A stretch of DNA of 64,000 nucleotides from a virus. The translations under genes were made by a program, and so were the position numbers. The stretch spans positions 5,074-69,073 of the IMG/VR virus record IMGVR_UViG_3300034073_004742; one strand, 5' to 3'. The notes beneath the pieces are model-generated. The model made no database searches and had not been told where the DNA came from. It was given only the letters and a program-made list of their open reading frames with translations. Shown here piece after piece: positions 36,701 to 45,693 of the stretch (position 1 is its first letter; every line of letters starts with the position of its first letter).

Positions 36701-36909
36701 AAAACTCCATTCTGATCTGCACAAGCTTCAAAACTTGTAGTATAGAACGGAGCACCTTGACAAGTTCTAAGACCATTATTACAATCAACAATTTGCTCAA
36801 CTGGACATTGTTGATCGCATGGTATCTGTGAAACTATTTTACAAGTGCCACATATACCTCCTTCATATTCTAAACTATTAATAGTATCTTGTAATTGTAA
36901 TTTTTTCAT
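33760..36909 (-). CDS. 1049-aa modular protein: Cys-rich N-domain, (SPP)n rod, PT stalk, 7-repeat BNR/Asp-box beta-propeller
   Basis: Seven S.DG.KL...YTS.DSG..W repeats at the C-terminus; about 58 SPP units. Confidence 0.85.
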   Translation of the reverse strand: MKKLQLQDTINSLEYEGGICGTCKIVSQIPCDQQCPVEQIVDCNNGLRTCQGAPFYTTSFEACADQNGVFTGLVQGSCYMGKDENDCNIIFNQETDGVNPESRCCPNSPNNLVKVCTPEDPCPEQDPCCTKFLFCDTNPSSPTCGQCIEEGGGASACPQCPSCSSEGCSPPPPPPPPGPPSPPSPPSPPSPPSPPSPPSPPSPPSPPSPPSPPSPPSPPSPPSPPSPPSPPSPPSPPSPPSPPSPPSPPSPPSPPSPPSPPSPPSPPSPPSPPSPPSPPSPPSPPSPPSPPSPPSPPSPPSPPSPPSPPSPPSPPSPPSPPSPPSPPSPPSPPSPPSPPSPPSPPSPPSPPLPSSSPSPRPPPSATPTLTPTPTPASTPLPSSCVGECCYYICVEEYVEKNNCVINSTNITFDPIEITNFYTDKYQIIIYGNCASSNGSTIKASTKESRCYGCDNPYVEPITYQKQCSNNSSIKIIGNNMLYTPPTINHINPHVVQSNNISCSNHIKIISNNQSYIQPTINSYNPHIKNNYCDIKNQSIKIILNTPKPTPTPTITPTSTPTTTPTTTPTATSTVTPTSSITPTATPTVSPSNTVTPTVTPTVSPSNTVTPTVTPSNTATPTVTPSNTATPTVTPSNTATPTVTPSNTVTPTVTPSNTTTPTVTATPAVTTSNTVTPTVTPTNTATPTVSPTVTPSNTVTPTTTQTNTLTPTVTPTVTPTNTVTQTTTPTPTITLTSTPATTPNTTPTVTPTVTPTNYSKPWSDITSSSDGTKLAAVAWNGQIYTSSDSGTNWIARLATQSNRQWKAIASSDDGNNLVAIIGNGDVYTSSDSGINWTLKNNNYIFWIDIASNSNGVKLVASNSGGVSTSIDSGANWTNRITTISAGLIRVTSSSDGVKLAVSINNGDIYTSSDSGVNWTVRSISNMVHAWTAITSSSDGTKLAATVYNGYIYTSSDSGATWIARFASGQRQWIDITSSSDGTKLAAVVENGQIYTSIDSGVSWIARENNRNWYRITSSADGTKLVSTVYVGHIYTSTDSGISWTERIITT
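34640..35275 (-). repeat. Pro/Thr repeats including 4 near-exact 30-bp units (34951-35070)
   Basis: agtaactgttggggttgcagtattactcgg unit. Confidence 0.9.
35857..36380 (-). repeat. (Ser-Pro-Pro)n tract, about 58 units, 9-bp degenerate repeat
   Basis: ggtggactt / ggcgatggt / ggcgaaggc variants. Confidence 0.95.
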
Positions 36910-36963
36910 TTTATTTTTTAAAAATAAGAATTCTTTTTAATTAACTGTGATAATATACAGTGA

Positions 36964-38424
36964 TTATGCTCCAGGAACATCAATACATATTCCATTTCTA
37001 CAAATTTGTCGATCAGTACAGCAATTACGTCCACAACAAGGATTATGATCTGGACCGGCGATAGGACACGCCATAAAATCACAACATACGTATTCACTTT
37101 TCTTTAGACATTGTAAATTAGCAATATTAGTAATATCTCCACAACAAACTTCATTGTCTTCACAACAATTTGCGCTTCCACAACAAAATTTATTATCAGG
37201 ACATATATGAGCCAACGGCGTACCAGCAAAACAACATTTGCTTCCTCTTTGCTGATAGCAACCACCACCCGGACAACAAGTTTCACCAGGATTGCAGCTT
37301 TCGATGTCCGATCCTCCTTTATCGGGACAATTTTTACATACTCTTCTACATTTTCCATCTCCGCATACTTTTTCGCCTTGTTCGCAGCATCTAGGCTGTC
37401 CACTCCCATCTTTTCCGGCTCTACGCTCTGAACAACACTGGCCGGCATGCCATTTGTGTCCTTTAGCACAACATACTTCTGTATTGCGCTCGGGAGCAGG
37501 AAAACACCTTTCTCCTGCTTTTGTGTTGCAGTAAGAACCTGTATCGCAATTACATCGTATAAATCCTGGATATTCGCAAAATACATTATTACACACTGGA
37601 TCCCATTGGGCAGTGCCTTTTTTTCCAGATTGTGGAGGGCATGTAAAACAAGTTGGACCCTGAGGTGTGTTCTTGCAGTCTTCCCTGACACAGCATTTTC
37701 CACCACAAGAAATCTCTCTATTACTACAACACTGTTTTGTTCCATCATTTTTCTGTATAATTTTATCAGTCCTACAACATGTTCCATTAGATAAACATGA
37801 ATGTGTAGCCATATTACACGGTTTTTTATTACAGCATACAAATCCGTCCTTGAGCAATATTCCATTACAACATTGCTCTTCATCTACACAATTATCTTCG
37901 CAACATATTTGCCCACTATCAGTATCACAGCCACATCGTTGCTCTCCACACGGTCCTGCGCAATTTGCATCAGCTTGAGTTGAGAATTCTTCATTATTTA
38001 CTATAAATCTATCACATTTAGTTTTTATAATTTTACCATCACAACATTCTTCGTCCAGAGCTAAAATCTTTCCGCCACAACAGGCTGTTGATAATACGCA
38101 TTGTCCATTACAACAAGTTTTTATACTATTAGTAGTATCACAACATGAGTCTCCGCAAGTTGTTAATGGAGGTTTTTGATCTTCACAAGTATGATATTCT
38201 GTTGTGCTCCACGATGTATAATGCACACATTCTCCATACTTAATATCTCCATCATTGCAACTATCTCCTAAATTATCATTTGTGGAACAATAACAATTAT
38301 CATCACAATCTTGCTCTAAAAACCACATAGGTTTGGAAAAAATTTCATTTTGAACTTCTATACTAATATGTTCTAATGAAGGAATTCCACATCTCCACCA
38401 GCAAGAAGAATTACAATTATTCAT
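36964..38424 (-). CDS. Cys-rich repeat protein (CC-type repeats)
   Basis: Repeated CC...C units (TCCNGQC, ACCGGK, CCDGK); no signal peptide seen. Confidence 0.8.
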   Translation of the reverse strand: MNNCNSSCWWRCGIPSLEHISIEVQNEIFSKPMWFLEQDCDDNCYCSTNDNLGDSCNDGDIKYGECVHYTSWSTTEYHTCEDQKPPLTTCGDSCCDTTNSIKTCCNGQCVLSTACCGGKILALDEECCDGKIIKTKCDRFIVNNEEFSTQADANCAGPCGEQRCGCDTDSGQICCEDNCVDEEQCCNGILLKDGFVCCNKKPCNMATHSCLSNGTCCRTDKIIQKNDGTKQCCSNREISCGGKCCVREDCKNTPQGPTCFTCPPQSGKKGTAQWDPVCNNVFCEYPGFIRCNCDTGSYCNTKAGERCFPAPERNTEVCCAKGHKWHAGQCCSERRAGKDGSGQPRCCEQGEKVCGDGKCRRVCKNCPDKGGSDIESCNPGETCCPGGGCYQQRGSKCCFAGTPLAHICPDNKFCCGSANCCEDNEVCCGDITNIANLQCLKKSEYVCCDFMACPIAGPDHNPCCGRNCCTDRQICRNGICIDVPGA

Positions 38425-38454
38425 TTTGATAATCCTTTGAAGTTTTATTTAAAT

Positions 38455-41250
38455 TTAGCACCATTTAATACATTCGGTATAAGTATCACTATCTTCGTCA
38501 ATATCACATTTCATACACCTATCTCCAAAACTACAGCCAACACAAGATCCATCAACGCATTTTCTACATAATTTTTGACTACATTGATTAATACAAACAG
38601 CAGAACCTGGAAAAATTGATGAGCTACATATCTCACATTTTGTAGTGTCGCACTTTAGTACACACTCTCCATTTTGACACTCTTCGCATTTTTTAGGATC
38701 GCACTTAGTGACACATTGTCCATTTATACATACTTCACATTTATTTTTATCACATTTGTTAACACATCCACCTTTATTATCACACTCTTCGCATTTTTTA
38801 CTATCGCAATTGATTATACAATTACCTCTAGAGTCGCATGTTTCGCATTTAGCAGCGTCGCATTTTGCAACACATTTATTATTTTCGCACTTTTCACATA
38901 ATATGCTACAATTAGGTACACAATTTCCACGTTCGCATCTTTCGCATTCGTTACATTTTGATTCGCATTTTCCTTTTCCATCACATATTTCACAATTATT
39001 GCGATTACAAACAACAACACAACCGATTGGGCCACATACTTCACATTTGTCTGGATTACATATATATATACAGTTTTTATTTATACAACTTACGCAAGGA
39101 TTGTTTTTACATTGCGAAACACAATTTCCACCAATACATTCTTCACATAAAAATTCGTTACATGATGATTTACATACTCCTTGATCGCAATATTCACATT
39201 CTTTACAAGTAGACACACAATTTCCTTTGCCATCACATTGTAAACATTGTTTTGAGTCACATCCACCATCTACACATTGATTATTAACACAAATTTGACA
39301 GTCATTACATATGTTGGTACATTTTCCACTAAGATCACAATCCGAACAATCTCCACACTTAGGAACACACTCTCCTTTTGCATTATCGCATTTTAAACAC
39401 GGAGATGCTTCCGAACATGATTTATATCCCTTATCGGTACAAACCGTACATGGTGGACCTGATTCTACACAACTTCTACTACCATTTATCATTACACATT
39501 TTCTACCGGAACATTGTGGAGTAGAACATGGATCAACACACTTTCCATTTACACAATCTAAACAAGGATCATCACAAAAACATTTTTCGTCTTTACATTT
39601 GCAAGATCCACATTCACAACAAGGGTCTTTTACACATTTTCCATCTTCACAAATTTCGCATAATAATTCATTGCATGACGATTTACAATGTCCATTTTTA
39701 CATATTTCGCAATTATCTGGTTTACAAAATATTTTACAATCACCGAATTCTTTATCGCACTCTTCACATTGTTCGGCTCTGCAAGTATATACGCATCTTC
39801 CTTGACCATCACACTCTAAACATTTTTTTGGATCACATGATGATACACACTGTCCATTTTCACATATTTCGCAATTTAGATAATCACAACTATCTTTACA
39901 AAAAGATCCAGTACATCTCAAACAATTATTACTATCGCAACTATCTACACATTTTCCATTTTCACAGTCGTAGCAGCCGTTACATTTGGGTGTACACCAT
40001 CCACCAGAACAAATTTCACATTCATTGCATTGATTTTTACATACTCCGTTGTCACAAATTTCGCATTTACTTTTGTCACATTTAGAATAACATCTTCCAG
40101 ATAAACATTCTAAGCAGCTTTTGGGATCGCAAGGATCTACGCATTTAGAATTACCGTCACAAACTAAACATGAATTTTTACCACCACAAGCACTTACACA
40201 TTGGTCATTTTCGCACACCATACAATTTTTACCGTCACAACCATCCACGCACTGATCGTCGATACATCTTTGACAACCACTACACGAATTGTAACATGTG
40301 CCATCGCAACGCAAACAATTACCACTACATTTTGGAACACATTCACCTGTTTGATAATTACATACTAAACACGAAGACGCTTGAGAACATGGTAGATAAC
40401 CCTGTTGTGTACAAGCTCTACAAAATCCTCCATTATCAACACACGAAGGTTCTCCATCTACTAAAACACATTTTCTACCAGGACACTCTGGTGTAGTACA
40501 TCGATCAACACACTCTCCGTCTTTACAAACTTCACAAGCACTATCACAAACACATGTTTCGTTTTCGCATTTACAAGATCCACATTCGCAGCAAGGATCT
40601 TTTACACATTCACCGTCTTCGCAAATTTCACATTCTTTACAAATTGATTCACAAACATCTCCTGCGCAACGTTGACAATTTTCTTTCTTACAAGGATTAA
40701 TGCATTTACCATTTTCACAAACATTACATCCTTTACAGATTATACCACAACATTTATCTCTATTTCCACAACAAGGATCATTTGATCCGCAACATGGATC
40801 GGTGTTATTGCAGCATGGTCCACGACAATTTTTATATCCGCCGGGAGACGGCGGGCTTGGTGGACTTGGTGGACTAGGAGGAGACGGCGGGCTCGGAGGA
40901 GGCGGTGAAGGAGGAGGAGGTGGTGGTGGTGGTGGTGGTGGTGGTGGTGGTGGTGGTGGTGGTGGTGGTGGAGGTGGCGGGGGAGGAGGTGGAGGAGATG
41001 GCGGTGGCGGGGGTGGAGGCGAAGGAGGTGGCGACGATGAACATATTCCTCCATAAACCTGGCCATTTGTTGGGTTGGCTACTGGAGGAGGTGGACAAAA
41101 AGGTTCACATCCATCGGGACAAGGTATAGATATCATCCATGTACAAGATTGAGATCCATCATCATTGGCCACACAAACAGCAGTGTATTGACAGTCACAT
41201 CCTGGTGTGCTGGCTAGTGGTTCTATATTAAAAATATTTTTTATTTTCAT
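38455..41250 (-). CDS. 931-aa poly-Pro plus extremely Cys-rich repeat protein
   Basis: About 17-aa CxxC-x3/4-GxC-x3-C unit repeated for about 780 aa; internal duplication of the KDPCCECGSCKC block. Confidence 0.85.
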   Translation of the reverse strand: MKIKNIFNIEPLASTPGCDCQYTAVCVANDDGSQSCTWMISIPCPDGCEPFCPPPPVANPTNGQVYGGICSSSPPPSPPPPPPPSPPPPPPPPPPPPPPPPPPPPPPPPPPPPPSPPPPSPPSPPSPPSPPSPPSPGGYKNCRGPCCNNTDPCCGSNDPCCGNRDKCCGIICKGCNVCENGKCINPCKKENCQRCAGDVCESICKECEICEDGECVKDPCCECGSCKCENETCVCDSACEVCKDGECVDRCTTPECPGRKCVLVDGEPSCVDNGGFCRACTQQGYLPCSQASSCLVCNYQTGECVPKCSGNCLRCDGTCYNSCSGCQRCIDDQCVDGCDGKNCMVCENDQCVSACGGKNSCLVCDGNSKCVDPCDPKSCLECLSGRCYSKCDKSKCEICDNGVCKNQCNECEICSGGWCTPKCNGCYDCENGKCVDSCDSNNCLRCTGSFCKDSCDYLNCEICENGQCVSSCDPKKCLECDGQGRCVYTCRAEQCEECDKEFGDCKIFCKPDNCEICKNGHCKSSCNELLCEICEDGKCVKDPCCECGSCKCKDEKCFCDDPCLDCVNGKCVDPCSTPQCSGRKCVMINGSRSCVESGPPCTVCTDKGYKSCSEASPCLKCDNAKGECVPKCGDCSDCDLSGKCTNICNDCQICVNNQCVDGGCDSKQCLQCDGKGNCVSTCKECEYCDQGVCKSSCNEFLCEECIGGNCVSQCKNNPCVSCINKNCIYICNPDKCEVCGPIGCVVVCNRNNCEICDGKGKCESKCNECERCERGNCVPNCSILCEKCENNKCVAKCDAAKCETCDSRGNCIINCDSKKCEECDNKGGCVNKCDKNKCEVCINGQCVTKCDPKKCEECQNGECVLKCDTTKCEICSSSIFPGSAVCINQCSQKLCRKCVDGSCVGCSFGDRCMKCDIDEDSDTYTECIKWC
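40921..40971 (-). repeat. Pure (CCA)17 microsatellite within a poly-Pro run of more than 25 residues
   Basis: tgg x17 on the plus strand. Confidence 0.95.
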
Positions 41251-41669
41251 AGTATATTATTTTTATTCATATTAATTGTTTCTATAAGTTTAGTTTTAGA
41301 AATAATTTTTAATTTTAGATCAAAAAAATAATCGATAATATAATTATTAGTATCAGTTAAATTAGTATAATTAATATCTATACTTTTTTTAGAATACTTA
41401 AACATATCTATATATTCATTTGAGTCTAAAATTTTTGTTCTAATTCCATGACTACTTAGAATACTATTAGCTTCTAGTGCTCGATCATATCTATAAAGAG
41501 TATTAAATATATTTAGTAAATTATTGATACTATCTTCTATTATAAAATCCATATCGTTTGATTTACTCATTATTTTATATCCATAATAATTAGCTGCAAC
41601 ACTTCCTGTTAGTATCATATTAACGTTATTATTTAATAATTCTTGTATTAATTTTAATCTTGGCGTCAT
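41247..41669 (-). CDS. Minimal nucleotidyltransferase-fold protein
   Basis: ILTGSVAANYYG...SNDMDFII (GS...DxD). Confidence 0.6.
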   Translation of the reverse strand: MTPRLKLIQELLNNNVNMILTGSVAANYYGYKIMSKSNDMDFIIEDSINNLLNIFNTLYRYDRALEANSILSSHGIRTKILDSNEYIDMFKYSKKSIDINYTNLTDTNNYIIDYFFDLKLKIISKTKLIETINMNKNNIL

Positions 41670-41703
41670 AAAAAATAAGCCAAGGTTATTAGCCCTGGCT
41701 TAT
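41670..41703 (-). terminator. Rho-independent terminator
   Basis: Minus strand ATAAGCCAGGG-CTAATAA-CCTTGGCTTAT followed by a T run, 30 nt after the stop of 41733..42260. Confidence 0.75.
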
Positions 41704-41732
41704 TATAAACAAACTATTAGTTAAAATTATAA

Positions 41733-42260
41733 TCAGCCGGTTTTGGCTTTATAATTATCTTGAACCGGAACCTTGGCTCCTGTTTTGTATACCAATTCAC
41801 CAGGAACGCTACGGGTTGGTGTTGCTGCTTCGTCTGTGCCTGGACTTTCTGTTGTGGCTGTTGGAGGAGTAGTCCAAGTGCCAGTATAGATATTCCAGTA
41901 ACCAGCTCTTATAGCAGTAGCAATTTTATTAACTTTGTAACTTTCTCTTTTGTGAAGTAGTCTTAAATTACCAGGAACAAGAGCACCACTTTGTAGAAAT
42001 GGCTTACTAACTGTAGCAAGGGTTGTTGTTACTCTTTTTGCTACTGGTCTTTGATTGTCATATTTGAATGTGCCAGCGCTTAAAGATTTGTCTGTGTCTG
42101 CTCCGTCTACCACAGTAGAACCAAAAACACTAACATTTTGATCGCCTAAAGCCACATTATCAACTAGTGTTGATGAACCAGCATTTTTCACAGCACCGCC
42201 AACATTTTTGGTGCTAGTTGCTGTTACAGCAGATGTACCATCGCTTTGAACTGTTGCCAT
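41733..42260 (-). CDS. Probable abundant virion structural protein
   Basis: Thr/Ala/Gly-rich, GGAG RBS, own promoter motif and terminator; function is inference. Confidence 0.55.
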   Translation of the reverse strand: MATVQSDGTSAVTATSTKNVGGAVKNAGSSTLVDNVALGDQNVSVFGSTVVDGADTDKSLSAGTFKYDNQRPVAKRVTTTLATVSKPFLQSGALVPGNLRLLHKRESYKVNKIATAIRAGYWNIYTGTWTTPPTATTESPGTDEAATPTRSVPGELVYKTGAKVPVQDNYKAKTG

Positions 42261-42293
42261 AATAAAATCTCCATTATGTTAGGAATGCAACAG

Positions 42294-42304
42294 ATTATAC
42301 ACCA
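42294..42304 (-). promoter_or_regulatory. Recurrent promoter-like motif TGGTGTATAAT
   Basis: 34 nt upstream of the 42260 start. Confidence 0.6.
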
Positions 42305-42309
42305 AAAAA

Positions 42310-42960
42310 TTATATTGATGAAATATTTTGATTAAATAATTTTAATCCATTAATATTACTAACTCTGATGCCGGCCATACCAGACTTGATAATATTATCT
42401 ATATGTTCTTTTGTCCAAATATTTCCAGTAAGAATAATATTTATATTTACATTTTTTTTACTAATCATACTAGCAGCAATAATATTATCATTAATATCGT
42501 CTAAAAAGTATCCTGTTGATAAAAGAATAGTAGAAATACCAAAATCTAGCAAAATTTGTGTTAACTTATATAATAATTCATAAGAATATTTCCTATATTC
42601 TAATATATATCGTATATCAATATTATGCTCTATTCCTAGATTATTAAAATTTCTAATATCCTCTCTAAATTTATCATATTTCCTATTTCCAATAAGTTGA
42701 GCAGGAAATGTGACGTCTAGCACTCTAGCGCCATTTTTTATGGCAAATTCTCCCATAGTTAATCTTGTTTTACCATCGTTAATACCAATGGGAAAATCTA
42801 TTGGACAAATTATTGGAATATTAGTTAATTGAGCAACATTTTTTGCATAATAAGAAAAAACTGAAATATAATCGGGTTTATATTTAATAGCTTCTAGAAT
42901 AATTTCTTTGTTCTCATGTTCATTGAGAGTATAATCATGTTGACAAAACTCTAGAAGCAT
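42310..42960 (-). CDS. DeoC-like aldolase-fold protein lacking catalytic lysines
   Basis: IDFPIG...AIKNGARVLDVT; LLSTG in place of KTSTG. Confidence 0.7.
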   Translation of the reverse strand: MLLEFCQHDYTLNEHENKEIILEAIKYKPDYISVFSYYAKNVAQLTNIPIICPIDFPIGINDGKTRLTMGEFAIKNGARVLDVTFPAQLIGNRKYDKFREDIRNFNNLGIEHNIDIRYILEYRKYSYELLYKLTQILLDFGISTILLSTGYFLDDINDNIIAASMISKKNVNINIILTGNIWTKEHIDNIIKSGMAGIRVSNINGLKLFNQNISSI

Positions 42961-43636
42961 TATTTTTATTCCTTTTTAAGGATTTTATACTGTCTATTGT
43001 TGTATAAGGTTTATGACCCAAAATACCATCTGCAAAATTATATTGTACCGCTTCTGTTGCTGTTAATATCCAGTCACATTGGTTTGCTAGTTGTGACTGA
43101 ATATGTTTTTTTGCCATTAACTTTTTCCAATTTTTACTCTTTGCCATCTCACCTTGAATACACCGTTCAGTAAATATATCTATCATCTTATCGCATTCTC
43201 GCTCGTTCCATTTTAGACTACTTGCTGCTGCTTTACTATGTTCGCTGTCAAGACTTATACTTCCATAATGAATCATCATTGTAACATTAGGCATAAGTAT
43301 TCTAACATTAGGAGCCTGTAATATAACACTACTAGCAGACTGTACTTTTCCATAAGCTAAAATAATAGTTTTAGATTTACTATGCTTAATTGTATCATAA
43401 ATACCTAAACAGTCTTCCCAGTCACCACCGGGCATATGCATATGAATAAGAATAGGTTCGTTAGATATAAGATTTAAGTATCTCATATTTTTTTCGAATA
43501 CTACAGCGCCCCTATAATCAACTCCCGGTTCTTCGTCTCCTTCACTAATATAAGAATGTAAAAAAATTTCTCTATTTTTAGCATCTAGATTATATGCGTG
43601 TATTGATAGAAGATCAGAGTCGTTATTGATGGGCAT
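42935..43636 (-). CDS. clpP: ClpP-like serine peptidase (S14)
   Basis: REIFL, MPGGD, GKVQSASSVIL (Ser), MIHYG (His), CDWILTATEAVQYNFADGI (Asp). Confidence 0.8.
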   Translation of the reverse strand: MPINNDSDLLSIHAYNLDAKNREIFLHSYISEGDEEPGVDYRGAVVFEKNMRYLNLISNEPILIHMHMPGGDWEDCLGIYDTIKHSKSKTIILAYGKVQSASSVILQAPNVRILMPNVTMMIHYGSISLDSEHSKAAASSLKWNERECDKMIDIFTERCIQGEMAKSKNWKKLMAKKHIQSQLANQCDWILTATEAVQYNFADGILGHKPYTTIDSIKSLKRNKNNASRVLST

Positions 43637-44069
43637 TGGTCAATTCCTTATAAACATTTTTATTAATAGTCCTCATAACCATAGAGTCTTCAAAAGCTTT
43701 GCCAACACTAATTCTAAATCTATATCTTGTATATATATCTAATGTTTCTACACCTTCGGTAATCTCGATGGTTTCGGCAACTCTTCTAGTTATATCGAAA
43801 TTGGTGTGTCCCATCCAAAAATTAAAAATTTTACTGCTAGATGTATGATCATTAACTGGAATTATTCCCATGGGTGTTGTGATAACCTTGACTCCGTAAC
43901 GAATTCTTTTATCTGCTAAAAATTCTTCGATTTTACTTTTATCTTGAGTATCATCTTCGGGGTCCTCATTCTCTTCTATTGTATAATTATCAAACTCTTC
44001 TTTGATTTCCTCATCTCTACCAAAAGGATCTACCCATTTTTGCCATACAATTATATTATCATTTTGCAT
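43623..44069 (-). CDS. Hypothetical protein
   Basis: 148 aa, AGGA RBS. Confidence 0.7.
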   Translation of the reverse strand: MQNDNIIVWQKWVDPFGRDEEIKEEFDNYTIEENEDPEDDTQDKSKIEEFLADKRIRYGVKVITTPMGIIPVNDHTSSSKIFNFWMGHTNFDITRRVAETIEITEGVETLDIYTRYRFRISVGKAFEDSMVMRTINKNVYKELTNAHQ

Positions 44070-44102
44070 AGTATGTTCCTTATTTGGTATATTAGCTCCA
44101 TA

Positions 44103-44113
44103 CTAATACACCC
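44103..44113 (-). promoter_or_regulatory. Recurrent promoter-like motif GGGTGTATTAG
   Basis: 34 nt upstream of the 44069 start. Confidence 0.55.
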
Positions 44114-44157
44114 TTTATAGTAGGCTGAAAAAATACAGAAAAAAGCCTATTTTCTTG

Positions 44158-44589
44158 TTAAATAGATTTAAAAACAGAGGATGGTTTAATTAAAGGACCA
44201 TTATCTTTTTTAGATGATTTAAATTCTTCTTGCAGTAGATTATGAAAAAATAAAATATTGTCTAATAATAAGGTTTTTTTATCATTATTCATATTGATTT
44301 TCTTAAGATCCTTGATAACTCGTAATAATTCTTTTTTCATCAAACCATTATTGATCAGCACTATAAGATTTGCTGCGTTTTCGGCTAACTGGGAGATATC
44401 TTCTACTATATCGTCTTTTACTTCTTTAGTAACAAAGACTATATCAATATTATTTTCATTAGTTAGTTTAAAACTAACTTCGCAAACATAAGACTCTGTT
44501 TCTGTAATATTTTTAATATCTTCTGGTCTTGGAATAATAATTTTATTTTTGTAGAATAGTTTCTTAAGTAAAGTATATAATAATTTCAT
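44158..44589 (-). CDS. Hypothetical protein
   Basis: 143 aa, 1-nt overlap with the sigma gene stop. Confidence 0.65.
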   Translation of the reverse strand: MKLLYTLLKKLFYKNKIIIPRPEDIKNITETESYVCEVSFKLTNENNIDIVFVTKEVKDDIVEDISQLAENAANLIVLINNGLMKKELLRVIKDLKKINMNNDKKTLLLDNILFFHNLLQEEFKSSKKDNGPLIKPSSVFKSI

Positions 44590-45161
44590 TATGCTAATGC
44601 TCTTATTGATCCTATGGCTCTTTTAATACTTTGTCTTATTGCTTCTCTAGTTACTCCATAACACTTACCTATTTCTGCCAAGCTCATATTTTCGAAATAG
44701 TATTTGTATATTTGATCTTTTTGTTTATCACTTAGTATAGAAGAATTAAGAATAAAAGATATATCATTATGGGTGTTAGACTCTTGCTCATTCTCTATAA
44801 TAATATCTAGTGGGTCTCTACTATTTTTATCGGAGATAGTAGAGTACATAGTGTTGCTATTATCGTCTAATACAAAATCTAAACTGCTCAACTTTTTACT
44901 TTTGTATTGTTTGGTTACATATGTTTTAATCGCCCAAAGACCACACTGATTTCTGTAAGAGTACAAAGTTTTCTTTCCGTGACCGGAGCCTTCTCTATTT
45001 GGATCAAAATTTTTGTCAGCATTCATTAATGCCACAGCCACATCGCTTATAGCATCTTCATCGTTAAGCATATGCTTAACAATAAATTTTGGTGCAAACT
45101 TATTGATAATCTTTTTAGATAGCATTAAGTATGTAGATAGGCTCTCGTATTTTTTTTCCAT
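44589..45161 (-). CDS. Sigma-70-family RNA polymerase sigma factor (regions 2 and 4)
   Basis: ALMNADKNFDP...YSY region 2-like; MSLAEIGKCYGVTREAIRQ region 4.2 HTH. Confidence 0.8.
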   Translation of the reverse strand: MEKKYESLSTYLMLSKKIINKFAPKFIVKHMLNDEDAISDVAVALMNADKNFDPNREGSGHGKKTLYSYRNQCGLWAIKTYVTKQYKSKKLSSLDFVLDDNSNTMYSTISDKNSRDPLDIIIENEQESNTHNDISFILNSSILSDKQKDQIYKYYFENMSLAEIGKCYGVTREAIRQSIKRAIGSIRALA

Positions 45162-45201
45162 AATCTTTTTCCTTTAAAGTATTTTCGTCTTAAAAACTAA
45201 T

Positions 45202-45693
45202 TTATTTCTTTTTTGAGTCTTTGGTTAAATTTTTCCAAGCTTCTGGATCTGGTCTATCAGGGTCTCCTTTTTTAGCGGGCTTGTACTTTTTACCTTCTCT
45301 TTCTTTTTTCTTTCGTATATTTTCCCATAGACCAGGAAGATTCTTTGCCGCTTCGGCTCCTTCTGTATCGGTTTCTGTTTCTCCGAACATGAGAAAATTG
45401 TGTATCGTTAACATATAATCTTCTGTAACAGCAATTTTACCCTGTAGCCAGCTTTCTGTCAAGCCATCTTTTATGATCCCGTTCTCAACAGCATCAACAA
45501 TAACCTGTGCATGTTTTGCAATAGATTTGATCGAACCAAGGCTCATTTGATAAAAATCATACTTGTATTCCATAAGTTCCATTTCTGGACTTTCAACTTC
45601 CATTTCTTCAACTCTTGTAAAATCATTTTCTGCTTGAGTTTTATCTTTTAAATTTTGTTGAATTTGATTTAGAATATCATGATGTCTATTCAT
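45202..45693 (-). CDS. Conserved phage hypothetical protein
   Basis: ESWLQGKIAV..DY and GLWENIRKKK-type motifs recalled from large-phage hypothetical proteins. Confidence 0.65.
   Translation of the reverse strand: MNRHHDILNQIQQNLKDKTQAENDFTRVEEMEVESPEMELMEYKYDFYQMSLGSIKSIAKHAQVIVDAVENGIIKDGLTESWLQGKIAVTEDYMLTIHNFLMFGETETDTEGAEAAKNLPGLWENIRKKKEREGKKYKPAKKGDPDRPDPEAWKNLTKDSKKK

Noticed and set aside
36951-36961. Ninth promoter-motif copy (CTGTATATTA) upstream of the 1049-aa gene
   Set aside because: Lacks the GGTG core; could be a degenerate copy but cannot be separated from chance in AT-rich DNA.
40700-41129. Poly-Gly, poly-His, poly-Thr and poly-Val ORFs
   Set aside because: Alternative frames of the (CCA)n poly-Pro repeat.
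33760-41250. Eukaryotic or giant-virus origin of the Cys/Pro-rich block
   Set aside because: It is continuous, co-directional and intron-free, with overlapping bacterial-style genes and the same promoter motif as the DnaB/RecA/sigma-bearing phage backbone.
44121-44149. Terminator at taggct...agccta
   Set aside because: Only a 6-bp stem with a 17-nt loop; too weak to call.
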